Assembly (NCBI GenBank): GCA_040437565.1
Contig: JBDOQK010000007.1
Span: 310,001-374,000, forward strand
Direction of reading: 5' to 3'
Length of the DNA: 64,000 bases
Source: Albugo candida
Lineage: Eukaryota
A model generated the notes under the pieces. That model was not told where the DNA came from. It searched no databases and was given only the letters and a program-made list of their open reading frames with translations. Every line of letters begins with the position of its first letter. Within the stretch, counting starts at the first letter, position 1. Positions 49,845-62,760 of the stretch are shown here, in pieces. The position numbers and the translations under genes were made by a program.

Positions 49845-51219
49845 ATTATTACTCGGAAAAAAATCCTCGCAGCAACCTCAGCGCTCAGTTCCATCGCAAA
49901 ACCATGTTGCTTCGCGATATACATCACACACCCTTTGCTATTCGAATGCAAGCGACATAATCTTTCGGATTGCAGTCTGTCGGATTTCTTCCTCGCTGTT
50001 GCGACTACAGAGCTTTTGTTGACGAGCCAAGATGCCTAAGTTTGCTTCCATCGCATTCTCATAGTCTGAAGTATCGATTTTTTTGCGGATGATTTCCATT
50101 TTCCATGATAAAAATTAGTACCAAAGTCAGATACTCGATGTGGTCACATGCTCGCGAAGAAACCTGACCTCGGAAAGCCTGAAGCTACATGTGGACGATG
50201 AACGTTTTTGTGTAAATTATTGCAGCACTAACGAAATGAGCCATTGATGATGCAATCGCTCTGGAAAGACGACTTTCTAAATCTAGAAAGTCTTATCAAA
50301 TGAAAATCCGTGCAATAGAGAAAAGCACGTGTTGCTCCAGAATTGTAAAGTTGTGGTTTGAGAGAGTCTTGTTCATCCTCCCATGATTTTTTCTGATTGA
50401 TTCCTGTGGCCTAATTCGAAATGAAATAAGTTTACTCAGTGTTAGCATCAGAGGCATGATGGAACCAGATTTCCTTGAAATCGCATTCCCATTTGGCAGC
50501 GCTCTGCATCAGTCTAGTAAGTCTAGTACTATCAAACGAATTTCGCTCTAATGCCATACAAATGAGAAAAGAGTGAAGCTTGAAGAGAAATATAAATATG
50601 TATGTGCCTCTTCATGCTATTTGTATGCTCTTAAAGCTTCCTTCATGTGCATATTTATCGGGATCATTATGGTAGTCTATCCATACTTGGAGAGGAACTA
50701 CTCCGCATGTGTTTCCCAATGCTCTACCACATTCCCCAGAGACAACTACCGCCTATACGCATCAAAAATGGATCCATTGCGACAGGCTTGAGTTAGAAGT
50801 GGCATTTATTCGTCTCAGCTGTCTTACGGGAATTCTGTGAAGTTGCAGGCCTTCTCTGACCCCAAATGTAGCAGGAGTGTGCAAGAAAGATGATGATAGC
50901 CGCTCAACAAGTTATAACCATCATTTTAAATGTCACAGATCCAAAACTAAGCAGCGATTGATTGATTATACCGTAATATCGCATGCATAAACCTTTCGAC
51001 TACGGTAGTGCGCGCTAAAATCAGCGCCTTTGTGTTGTACATTTGCCTCCTGCATAGAATCCAAAGGTCAAGCACTTACAGAGCACAATTTAGCATTTAA
51101 TCTGCATATAATCATTCAACTTTTGTGAAAATGATAGATAAATGATCTGACTCTTTGTTGCGGATCGATTTGCACCTATTCCTCATAATCGCAATGGAAT
51201 TTTGCAATTTCACCTGCGT
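49845..51219 (-). pseudogene. DDI1: DDI1 pseudogene, intron-retaining inverted copy
   Basis: The reverse complement aligns collinearly with 12179-14036: start ATG->ACG, gatccgcaacaaa, cactcctgct.catttg.ggtcagagaaggc.tgcaactt, atgcacatgaaggaagc, atttacacaaaaacgttc.tcgtc, cagcgaggaaga.atccgacaga. The segment carrying the DSGAQ motif is deleted. Many stops. Confidence 0.92.
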
Positions 51220-51230
51220 GGCTCGGATTA

Positions 51231-51293
51231 AGCGTAAGTGCTGTATGCAAGAAGGGAACATAGCATTATGTGCGCATATATGCAACTTCAACA
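51231..51293. promoter_or_regulatory. Conserved DDI1/DBT head-to-head promoter segment (copy 2, upstream of intact DBT)
   Basis: Inverted homolog of 12105-12167 (57/63 identical). Confidence 0.6.
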
Positions 51294-51303
51294 TCGGATC
51301 GTA

Positions 51304-53114
51304 ATGTTCACAAAGCATGCGCGAGGGATTGTCCCTACAATTCGATGCCGATCATTCACGTCCTATATGAACCGAAAAAACTTCCATCAGGGGAACGTGC
51401 GATGTGTAGCGATAGTTCCCTTCAAACTGGCTGATATCGGCGAAGGAATCGCACAAGTTGAAATCTTGCAGTGGTTTGTCCGGGAAGGTCAAAAAATACA
51501 GCAATTTGAGAGTGTTTGTCAAGTACAAAGCGATAAAGTCGAATGAATTCATTTCAGTGGACCCAATAGAGAATGACTGAATGTTGTAGGCAACCGTTGA
51601 GATCACCAGCCGATTTGATGGCATTGTGCGGAAAATTCATTACCAAGTTGGTGAATCAGCACACGTCGGAAAAGCTCTCATCGATATCGAGTTAGAAAGA
51701 GGATCTGTCACTCCTCATAGTGACGATAAGGAATGTAAAAAATCGGAAGAAGAAATATCGGGTGGAGATAAATCGGCTCGGATGGAGAAGCTTTCTGGAG
51801 AAGAACAGACAGATTTTGATACCCTGGAAACGGCGCCTCAAATAATAAGTGACCGTTCTTATATTGGATGTGAAAATAAGGTAAGCGATTGAAGTGTTAT
51901 AGATTTAGTCTATTTACACTGGATACTGGAGTAGTTTCTTGCCGCTCCATCCGTTCGACGTTTGGCAAAAGAACATGGTGTCAATTTGAGTGAGCTGGTC
52001 GCAACCGGAACGAAAGGAATGATAACGAAGGAAGACTTGCTCAAATTTATCAAATCTTCGGTAGGCCTGAAGGAGGGACGGAATAGTATTCAAAAAAGAG
52101 ATGCAACCATAGCCTATCCGCTTGAAGATACTGTTCTTCCTATTACTGGTAACGATTGTTTCCTGCGCTGGAATAGGTTGCAGGTTTTTTCATACTTTGC
52201 TTGCTCAACAGGGCTGAGGAAAAAGATGTTCCAAACAATGAGAATGGCACTTCAGATTCCCCAGTTTGGGTATTGTGATGAGGTCCGTCCTTTTCTCCTA
52301 CTCGACTCAATATTCTCAGCGTACGCAAGAACACCGTAAAATGTAGATACAAATGGATGCTTTGCACAAGGTACGCAACGAGATGAAAGGATTGGCGAGT
52401 TTTCGTGATCACAGCTTATCGTACATGCCATTTCTAATCAAGGTGATTATTGACTTCCCCAGTCACAAGAAATGGTGGCCTGACTTTCAATGTAGGCTGC
52501 TTCACTTGCATTAAAACATTATCCGATACTCAATGCTAGGGTCGATGAATGCGGAAGCAAAATGGTACTTCTTGCCGCACACAACATTTCTATTGCAATG
52601 GATACGACAGAAGGCCTCGTTGCGCCAAATATCAAGAACGTCCAGGTTGGTGCATTTTGCAATATGATTAGTTGATTTTTGAACGTGATTTTATCGACAG
52701 TCAAAAGGGATTATGGAAATTGCCGATGAACTGAATCGCTTACAAAAACTTTCAGCTGAAAAAAAGCTAACGCCGTCAGATTTTAAGAACGGAACGTTCA
52801 CGTGCGTGTGGCGCTTTTACATGCAACACATGCAATAATATTATTCCGAATGTAGACTTTCCAACATTGGAAGCATCGGTGGTACATACATGATGCCAGT
52901 CTTGCTGGTTCCTCAGGTTGCAATCGGCGCAATGGGAAGGATTCAAACTCTTCCTCGATTTGACGAAAAAGGGAATACCATACCCGTGAGATTGATGAAT
53001 GTATCATGGAGTGGAGACCATCGCGTTATAGATGGAGCGACAATGTGCCGATTTTCAAATCTTTGGAAAATGTATCTCGAGCGACCCACAAGCATGCTAG
53101 CTGAAATGTCATGA
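51304..53114 (+). CDS. DBT: BCKDH E2 dihydrolipoyl transacylase, multi-exon (alternative start at 51280)
   Basis: Lipoyl domain [13 protein letters not shown]...[17 protein letters not shown]3-binding [11 protein letters not shown], catalytic [10 protein letters not shown] and [19 protein letters not shown]. Confidence 0.95.
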
Positions 53115-53203
53115 AGCATCGAGGGATAACCTTAACGACGCAAGTCATCCCATTTTGCGAACGAGATCGATGCTAACCCAGCTCAATATAATTTATGTGC
53201 TGC

Positions 53204-55838
53204 TTACTGATTCTGGTTCTTTATTGCTACACCATGTCGAGATGCGATACAAAAGAGCTCCTGAAGCAGGCTAGGCGGAAGATCCACAAATGACTGAAGA
53301 CACAACGAAAAGAGATTAAGCTTACACCTGAAGTGAACTTCACATAATGACATTACCTCAAGTGCAATCACTTCCCCGAAATGATCCATGACGAAATCCA
53401 CGCACCGTTTCTTCAGCAAGTGCGTATTTCGAAAATGAGCATTCTGAGACGGCGTTAGCCAGCCCATCAGCAAACTGAGCGAGAGGCTACCTGAAGTACG
53501 ACCACAACGTTGTCTAGGGAAAGCTCTTTGAGGATGTACGTCTCACACATGCTAAAGCAATTAAAATCGGTTTGTTTCTTTGACAAAGAATAAGTTGATG
53601 ATAAATCATGATACCTGCGAAGTTTCTGGACAAGATACTGGTCAGCCAGAGCTAGTAACTCCAAAAGAAATCCTTATATGATAGATTGTGGGTGAGAATT
53701 ATACGAATGATGGAACAAGATCATACGTACCAGTATCAGGCTTAGACATTTGTATGCTTTGCACTTCGTCGGTATACAGAAATTCCAAGAAGACTTCAAA
53801 CACTTCAGGCTGTACATCGTTCATATCAGATGTTATACGTCTTCGAGATTGTAGTCGTACCGAATAATCTGGTATTCTGATCTCTGACAATGATCCTTCA
53901 ATCATTCTTCCATCCAGCATTTTCTCCAACGGCTCACATCGCGCCATCAAAATACAGCTGTGAGCGTGGAGGCGTACGTTTGAAAGTAGGAAGACTACAT
54001 CACTACGCATCGGATTGTTGACCAGTTNNNNNNNNNNNNNNNNNNNNNNNNNNNNNNNNNNNNNNNNNNNNNNNNNNNNNNNNNNNNNNNNNNNNNNNNN
54101 NNNNNNNNNNNNNNNNNNNNNNNNNNNGTCGTACCGAATAATCTGGTATTCTGATCTCTGACAATGATCCTTCAATCATTCTTCCATCCAGCATTTTCTC
54201 CAACGGCTCACATCGCGCCATCAAAATACAGCTGTGAGCGTGGAGGCGTACGTTTGAAAGTAGGAAGACTACATCACTACGCATCGGATTGTTGACCAGT
54301 TCACCAAGATCGTGGCAGAGCGTATGGTGTGTATGTAGTGCACTTTCAGTGCTGGCTTTTGTCGCTGTCAAGCAGATGGAATGATAAAATCCGGAAGCGA
54401 CCTGCAATGAAGTTAGCTCAGCCTCGCTATTTGAGTCGAAATGAAGAACCTTGACAACGAATTTATCGCGAAGAGAAGCAATGATCTGAGGACTGGTACA
54501 GTCTAAAAGATTTCCCAAGCCTAGTTGGCCGTGGTTATTTCTTCCAAATGGATATACTTTGCCATCCTTTGAAAGCACCAGTGTATGATAGCACCCACAA
54601 GCGACTTGTAGTGCTTGAGTCTTAGCCAGTGCATTTATCAGCTATGATCATGACAAGTATAGAAATATCATTAAGCTGATCAGGGTCAACAAGACTGTGC
54701 ATCAAAAGTACAGTAGGTTTCGAGAGGTGTTGTCGATGTCCATGGCCAAGCTGTCCATAGTCATTCCGACCAAATGAGTAAACCAATCCACTTTCTGCCA
54801 ACGCGGCTGTATGGTAATAGCCACAAGCAAGACTTGGCACTATAAGGGAGTCCAAAGGAGCCGCCAAAAGTGAAGGACTCGTGTGGTAGTCGGATGTATC
54901 TCCAGTCCCAAGTTGTCCATGATCATTTTTTCCGAATGCGACGACACCACCACTTGCCAACGACACGACAGTATGATGCTGGCCACAAGCAACCGCTAGA
55001 ACAGGTCGGCAATTAAAATAACTTAACGGAACAGGAACATGTCGGTCCATCCCATCATCAATTCCAAGCTGCCCGAGATCATTCCGACCAAATGCATACA
55101 AGGTCCCTTCCAGGGTCATCACGACCGTATGGAAATAACTACAGGCGACTTCGACTACGTGCTGCGATGCTAAATCTTCTAATTTGGTGGGTGTTGAGAT
55201 GGAAGTTGTGCTGCCGTGTCCTAATTGGCCTCGACTATTGAATCCAAACGTGTAAAGTTCTCCAGAGCCTGGCATGTTCATGTGAGTTGAAGCAAGAGCT
55301 CAGCGTAAGATTGGTACGCACTGGATATCGCTGTGAGATGCTCACATCCATTGGCTGAGCGAATGTTTGCAATTTTCTTGTTGACAAGCGATGGAACCAA
55401 ATGAAGAGATTGCACGCGTGAGGTGCTTCCGATTCCGCACTGACCGCTAATGGTGTGCACGAAGGTAGCCGCTTGCTGAAAGCCCAGATTGGTGGTAGAA
55501 ACGCACCTATCGTTATATCCGCATGTGTACACATCTCCTGATTCTGCGAAACAATCCGTCATGCGTTGATAGTGATCATCAGGACGCATGTGAAGATATA
55601 CCAAAAAGAAAGGCTGTCTGCTCGTTACCGCAGGCGACATCCATTATCTTGACGTTATGGCAGAATAAAATTGGAGTCGGCACTGTTCGATCGACTGTAT
55701 CGTCGTGGCATAGTTCGCCATAAGAATTCTACGGAGCATAGGAGGTGTAGCTGGATGAGCAAGCATGACGATAGATCTCTGCACCTGTCCGAAACTGTAT
55801 GCCCCGAAGGTCTCGTGTGCGATCTTATTGTTGTCCAT
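53204..55838 (-). CDS. RCC1 repeat and BTB domain protein (RCBTB-like), multi-exon
   Basis: Multiple RCC1 repeats (FGRNDYGQLG, VACGQHHT, LACGYYHT) followed by BTB (SDVVFL...HAHSCILMARCEPLEKML, FLEFLYTD, LLALADQY) and BACK-like helices. Confidence 0.9.
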
Positions 55839-56059
55839 ACCTTATAAACTTTATATCGTGTATCGTATCAAAGTGCTTCTGTGTATCATTTGTGGCTCAA
55901 ACCCACAAAGTGTACTACCGTCCAGAGTCTTTATGACAGCCCCAGCACTAACATCAAAAGGCGGAAAATGCGTAGACAGTGCAGGATGCCATCTGACATT
56001 CGTCAGCATAATAAATCTTGCACGATTCATTTATGATCAAAGATAGTTCGTCTTGCTAA

Positions 56060-56820
56060 AGCTGACCGTAAATCAGGTAGGCTAGGGAGAGACGATAGGA
56101 CTATGTAATAAAAAGAAGCTGGCTCCTACAACCTCGACTGAACATGATCGATCAATCAATCCCTGCAACAAAATGATTAACTGATGCATATTACATGATA
56201 TTCGTAGACTGGATCACAATTAATAGGGAAAACACCACTCATGTGATCCTGAACAGCAAGTTAAGTCGTAATTAAGCTGGATTGAGCAGATCGATTACCA
56301 CTACATCAGTGTGAGCGGAAACATTACTTCTTGAACGCTATCGTTGATGATATCAATCTGCACAACCCTTGGGCAATTCATGATACCACACACAATGAAC
56401 CACTACAAATCGATGCTTGATTCCAGTAAGCTTGCCCGTTTGGATAAATGGTGATCAGATCAAAGGAATGCAGAGAATAGTGATGATGTTCGAGGAAATT
56501 ATCGCTGACATGTATGCTGCATGGGAATAAGTACGGGGCAATGCAAAGCTTTCGTAATAAGGTGACGGTCAAGGCACATAAGGAGGCTCAACATCACTTC
56601 CTATTATATTGTGTAACTGCGTAGAGGTCCTGCCAGACCTCAAAACGAATACAGCTCACTTTCCTACGCGTGCAAACGCGACATACCCAATCACAGTCGT
56701 TGAGGACAGTAGAACATTTTGCGCGTGTTCTTGCTGGAGTATTGATCCAGGGTCCTATCGAAGCCAAGATATCATCGCGAACTAACTTCAAGTAGTCTCA
56801 TGCAGCTTGTCTTTAGATCA
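56060..56820. repeat. Decayed segment, inverted homolog of 9600-10265
   Basis: Collinear shared blocks as listed for 9600-10265. Confidence 0.8.
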
Positions 56821-57189
56821 GGAAAAACGGCTTGAGGAGCGTTTTTCTGTGGATTCTCGCATTCGTGATTATAAGAGTGCTATTCGTGAGCATGGGCTAG
56901 CATCTCATGCTATTCGTCCTTCCCCTTCCTGACAGCAGAAAAAACTTGATTATTAAGACCTTATAGATTATGGAAATTGCAGAATCTTCACTTAATAAAT
57001 AAAGCAAAAGTTGAGCATGATGACATCGTGGGAAATGGAAGGGAATTCACTCCTAGCGTTTCGAAACAGTTTATAAAGTAATAGCTATATTGGACATCGC
57101 TTTGCACGAATTAAAAGGTCGGGATAGATTTTAAAATGTAGCGAGAAGCTAGGTTTGCATCGATACTGCTGGGATGTTAGCCTATCATC

Positions 57190-57530
57190 ATGATGTATGT
57201 ACTTCATTTATTAAGTCGATCAATTGTCGGTAGAGCAGAAGATCAACCAACAATGATAATCTTTTTTAAGCTCTATACAGTAGTCCCTTCAAGCGATTTA
57301 TCGAGGAAATATTCATTGAGAGCGGTTCAGTTGCACGCTAAGCACCATTTCTCCGGCTACAACGCAATCCCAACAATTTCGTAAACAATTTCGAGTGTTT
57401 CAATCAATATTTCGCAACAGCCAACTGCGGTAGAGTCCAATTGTGCTGATGTCATGGCCTTGCTAAATCACCTGGCATTGGGTGATTGCATGATTGGGAA
57501 TGATTCATCACCCCTGTGTAATGACGTGAA
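57190..57530 (+). pseudogene. Possible highly decayed 5' fragment of GPCR-PIPK (continuation of block A)
   Basis: gtgctgatgtcatggccttgctaaatcac vs gtgctgcatgacaatggcgtttctcggaatcac, and tgatgtatgtacttcat vs tgatatgcatacttcat, in the expected collinear position. Similarity is weak. Confidence 0.4.
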
Positions 57531-59639
57531 AACCCCTACATCACAGAGAAACGGCATAGGGTAGTACAAGCGCTAGATGTGGCACTAGTGCTCGTACCAC
57601 TACTTCTCACAGGCACGCGGCTCCGCCACCAGCAGTATGGAAGCAAAGAGATTTCGAACTTGGCGGGCCATTTGTAGTCTCACTAGTCCTTGCGAAAGTA
57701 CAAGTCTCGAGCGAGAGCGTATTACCAAGTGGAGCTCCCCAAGCCGAACGGCTGTATTATTAGGCTATCCTGCAACTGTTTGCGGATGGAAGGCCCTGAG
57801 TGGTAGTCTTGGCTGCAACGTTGGAGTCGGCGAGGCCTATCAAGGTCCTTAAGACCGCTTTTCCCATGAGTCTGGACACGAATTAGGCATTGGCCCGTGC
57901 TAGCAATGGGAAGTTTGTTCCCTAGAGATAAATTGCTATATTTTATCCGGAAAACAACCGTATTGATGAACGTGGTCCTTACTGCTTGGATTTGGAGGTT
58001 AAAGCGTCGCTCACAAAAATCAATATGTTACAAAAAAAGCTGCCGTGGTGGCCCCAGCAAAATCAGAATTTTCGTTACAACATCAGAATATAGTGACTGG
58101 GAGAGTCTGAGGAAAGGACTTGAATGAGTTTACATTGTGGTCAACTCTCGACTCAACATCACCCCATCAGTCTACTTCTAAAGAACTTTCACTCCTCTAG
58201 ATGAAGACATGCTCACTGCAGAGGAGTGACCATGCAGCTAGTACGGTCAGGATAAAAGGGTCACCGCATCGAGTCATTTGAACACATGGTCTCGAAGGTG
58301 CGACCTCGTGGTTGATTCACATAAAGTACTTATCTGTACTTCCATCTATGGAGTTGGAACTAGAGAATAGGAGGGCAGCGGCCAAGCCGGCGCATGGTAA
58401 ATAAATTCAGAATATCAGTGAAAGCAAGGATGCCAAAGGAACTTGATAAACCAAAAGAAGCGGCCCACTTCTATCTGTAGCGTCCCATGTTAGTCGCAAA
58501 TGTGAAGTGGCTTACAAGGTTTGATGAAGTTGATGAGCTTATTGAAGGTGAGTACGAAAATGCTCTCCAACAGATTTTGCCGGAAAAGCTGATTCTCTCA
58601 AAATCCTGGTTCTGTCACGACAGACACGACACAGGGGAGACAAACTAGACACGGTCTTTAGGATCAAAAGAAAAGTCGGTATTTAGTTATATCTTTGTTC
58701 AACTAAATACGAAACGCTGAGCTCCACACAACAATGTTACGTACTCCACGCATTTCCGTTTCCATATACAAACGGCAAACTAGCCAAGTTGCAGCTTTTC
58801 GCCTCCAATGTGGCTTCGTAATCACATCTTCAATATGTATCACTTTCGACAGATTTAGTAAGACATACGTATATCACATATGCACAAACATATCCAGTTT
58901 TGTACCAATTCAGATAAAGTGATAGAAGCGTCCGTCGATAAAGCATCCACGACTTGATTAATCTTCATGCAATCGACTGATTGCTTTTTCTGTCGACAGA
59001 ATTGCTGAGTATCACCGGCCCCTCGGTATTAAGATTCCAGCCCATCCTGTAGATTACTGCACATCGATGTATTGCTTTGACCAAAGGTGGGGTCAAAGCA
59101 CTGAAAGTATTCCAGCAAGCTTCTTAGCCTGGATATCGCTCATTCTCTTACGACTGCTTTTAGACTTAGTGACGAGACTCCTTAACACAGGATATAGATG
59201 ACTTGCACTATAGTCTAAAAAAGCGCTCCCACACAGTCAACTTAGTGACTAGAAGTCATGTAGTAGTGATATCGGCAATACTGTTAAGCAGCTTTCCATT
59301 GATACCCCCAATCACCCGGAGTAATTTGCTCAACTCCATGTCTCTAATCAGCACGATTACATGAGGTTGGTAGCTGTTCCACGTCATCGTGCATAGTGAG
59401 GTCCTCTCGATTATTCAACATAGAGCGATATCTGAACGCTCACGATGAACGTCAATAGAATTGATAAATCGATCACATCCTATCAGATCACCCGATTAGT
59501 TGTTACAAAACAAACACACAATCGGAGACAACTGGACTCATTCCAGTTTATACCAGAATCCAAACAAATTTCAATGACACCAACAGCACTGCCTTTTCTG
59601 CAAAGTCGCGGTAGTGATATAATCATAATATTTCCTTAG

Positions 59640-60420
59640 GATATTTCTGGGTATACAGCAGCTGAGAAACCTACCGATCTGGATAGCAAAGATAGTGATT
59701 TGGTTTTGCGTTTCCTCATTCATGATGCAATGGCGTATATTCATATTGCATATGCAACGGTGGGAAAGCCGAGTGCACTCATCAACACAAAGATGACAAA
59801 ATTTGCGATTGGTGATTATTTTCTTTATATTGATGTTTCGGCGCACTCAGCACTAAACCTATATCAGAATGAATGGATGGGAGGTGTTGATACGCACAAT
59901 CTCGCCATGGATTAGAAAATCTTATCACGCACAATCCACGTGAAGTACATCCGTCCAGATTTAGAAGTTAACGCGTACAAAAATTTGCAACTGACGGGTC
60001 CTTTTCTACAACTCATCGCACAGAATAGCGAAGGACACGTCGTTCGTGTTACCAAAATCATCGCTACAATCTTGACACAGTCCAGCTGATATTTACCATC
60101 TCGTGGCGGGGGGTATTTGAAGCTAAAGACTCCTGGATCTGTTGCGACTATGTGGGCCAATGTGAAGGCACTGATTATACTACATAAAAATGTGTCCCTC
60201 GGACAAATGTCGCTTCATCGGTGTCGGATAAGCTCTGGGTGGGGAAGTGTTGGTATTTTGTACCCGTCAATGCAGCATTCATGAACTTGGTTAAGGAGTT
60301 CTAAAGTCACTGTACGCCCCAGCTCAGATAAGGGTGTTCGCCAGTGATACATATTCGAACACTGTTTGTTACCACAGCTTGGTGGTTATCTACTAAATTC
60401 TAATCACTACTATGTAACGA
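59640..60420 (+). mobile_element. Possible decayed non-LTR (LINE) ORF2 C-terminal relic
   Basis: Broken peptides IFLGIQ (YLG-like), QWR..GK, MGGVDTHNL (GGLG-like) and a VPVNAAF..HC..GC..H Cys/His stretch. Many stops. Confidence 0.3.
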
Positions 60421-60529
60421 TCTGAAGAGCCCGGTCCAACTCCTGTACACTTATTCTCTAGTGTAGTTGCCAGCGTCTTGACACGTCTAAATCTTCATTG
60501 CGTAGGTTGATATTTACATGGAGGAATCT

Positions 60530-60615
60530 TTCCTCCGCCGAGTGACCCCATCGCTGCCCGTTTGCCACCGCCGGGATTCAAACCAGGATCCAAAAAATAG
60601 TGTTACTCAAGCCGT
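60530..60615 (-). mobile_element. SINE-like fragment with B-box, possibly related to 20780-20833
   Basis: Reverse complement cctggtttgaatcccggcggtggcaaacgggcagcgatggggtcac vs agttcgatttccggcagtgtgggcagcgg. Confidence 0.4.
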
Positions 60616-61599
60616 TTTGCCTTTTTTGGAGGAAAAGGTTGCGGGAGCGTACTTGGAGTCAGGTCGTAGGGGTGCATCGACTCTCATTATATCATGTAGT
60701 ATATGGCACAACTTCTTGAGGATAGTGATTGATATTAGTACATAATTATCTTACCTTCCACCAATACTTAGACCCTTGATTATGGGACGAATTGTCATGG
60801 CCTCTAATTCTCTTGATTACGAACCTATCGAAGTCGAATTCATCAACCCGTACAAGAGATTTTGTTGGGCGTACCACTAGCAGTCGCGCTCTTCGAAGAT
60901 GCCAGGTTCTGGCGGCAAAGCTTTGGAGATCTTGTCATGGCCTGGATATCATGTGTTATCACCAGGTACCATGATACGGCGCTGTAGCTGGTGATCTCAT
61001 GGAAGCATAAATACGACTTTAAGTAAGCTAAAATCAATCAAATTGATGTCGTGCAATAAGGAGCATAGCAGAAAATCACTAAACGATCACTATGAAGCGT
61101 TTTAGCGTTATCGTGATCTTGCACCTATCTCAGACGAATTACACGAGATCTTTCAGGATATTCATTGTGTGTTGCGCTTTGTCGATTAGCTTTACATGGT
61201 GTTGGTCATTTGCTCAACAAAAGGAGACACGATCGTAAACAAGGAACTTATCATCCATTTCATTTTTTGCAACTTCTTGACGTTGTTATCGTAAATGACA
61301 TAATGCTAAAGCCGACAAAATGTAGGAAAAGAAGTTCGGATGTCTTGTAAACGATCAAATTGAGCTGCTTCTTCTTCATTGAAGCTAACTGATTTCATGA
61401 ATTAGCTTGACGCGGAAGAGAGCACATTATAGACTCTGCATGCGTCAATTACTCAAATACCATTTTGCGGTGGCTTTTGATGATTGAAGCGTTCGCGTGT
61501 CCAAGAAGCGGTCGTTGGCAGCTGCGGTCATCAGAACGCACTTGTGTTAGTGGAACAGTCCCTCGTTTATTTTAAATATTGTATTTTAATTACATTTGA

Positions 61600-62760
61600 C
61601 AGCGACAACTTTCTTATGCAATATAAAAAGCGCTTGGCTGGCTGCATGTCGAAATATTGATCAGGATCATGACGTTTTCAAGAATAAAATGCTACGGCTT
61701 GACCGTCTGAACAAGAAAACTGAGTAGCTCTCACCAAGATAGAGGAATCGATCACTGGGCCGCTGGAAAGCGGCTATTAAAGTAAACCCTCGAAAAATGG
61801 ACAAATGGAAATCTCAATGCTGACAAACACAAGCAGTGTCTTCAACTAAAGACGACAGGTATACAAAAACCATCTGAACCACCGTAAACGACTGATCTGA
61901 ATTAGCAATCAGAAGCAAAACGAGTGTTTGTTAACAAAAATCCTTGCGCCCACAAGGTCATATTGGCGCAACGTGAAAGTATAACGGGCATCATAACAAT
62001 TTACAGTAAAATGTGAAGCTCAATAATCTCATTGCCAATCTGCACAACTCAAAACGGAGAAGCAAGAATTATTTGATAGGCTCGTGGAATTTGAGCACCA
62101 GAGTTCGCTGTGAGAGAGGATACTAAGAGGAGCAGAAGGCGCAAGCAGCGCTCTATCTAGTTAAGCTGGTCAAGCTTAATCAAAAACCAGATGTAAAGTA
62201 ATCCATTGATGCGATATCGATTGGAGGTCTTGCAGCAAAGTCAGGAGCAAATGTTGCAAAACATGGAAAATTAAGTCCACAAACGTGACATTATGGCAAA
62301 AATTCGAGGACGTAGCAAGAAAGACAGAGAGTTCATAGAGTCCTCTTGACGAGCTAAGTTCTCAAACTGCAAAACAACTCAAGGAAAATCGATTGAGAAT
62401 CTTTTTCTTTCAACTGAAAATATAGCAGCAGAGCTTGCAGCGGAAGACGAGGAAACCGTCATATTGAAACGAATAATCAATCATAGACTAAATGAGAATC
62501 AGCGGGTTGTTGACCCGGAGGCGAGGAAGCGAACATTTCTCAAACTCTTCGCTCATTCCTTTGAATTGGCTATGACTAGGACCAATCCAAAGAAGACTTT
62601 GATTTCGTTTTTAATCCCAGTAGGATCTCGAATGACATAGAGAAAATCTGGATGGTGTGAAGATCGTTATTGCTAATTTGCAAGAACGGATTATGACTCT
62701 ATTGGGGTTATTAGATTGCGTTTTACTGCTCGCGAGTTCAACCAAGAAGTGATGCCAAGG
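61600..62760 (+). pseudogene. CCDC40: CCDC40 pseudogene (C-terminal half, inverted copy)
   Basis: KMLRLDRLNKK, TGPLE, SQEQMLQNME..HKRDIMAKIRGRSKKD and QRVVDPEARK match the intact gene but are broken by stops and frameshifts. 3' flank homology continues to about 63400 (vs about 32420). Confidence 0.9.

Noticed and set aside
49581-50107. Upstream minus-strand ORFs as the start of the DUF1765-like gene
   Set aside because: 49845-50107 is the UBA end of psi-DDI1, and the 49581-49841 frame does not splice in frame to 49570.
50457-50893. Possible small spliced plus-strand gene, including ORF 50573-50791
   Set aside because: It lies antisense to the DDI1 pseudogene, and the splice phases require a poor acceptor.
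1-54301. Near-identical direct repeats flanking 100-N gaps (1-336/587-922, 11164-11342/11443-11621, 14120-14449/14550-14879, 21520-21695/21796-21971, 23761-24788/24889-25916, 26090-26709/26810-27429, 33486-33711/33812-34037, 35699-35917/36018-36236, 46800-47582/47683-48465, 53854-54027/54128-54301)
   Set aside because: Each abuts a fixed-size gap, and several cut through otherwise continuous genes. These are scaffolding overlap artifacts, not tandem duplications.
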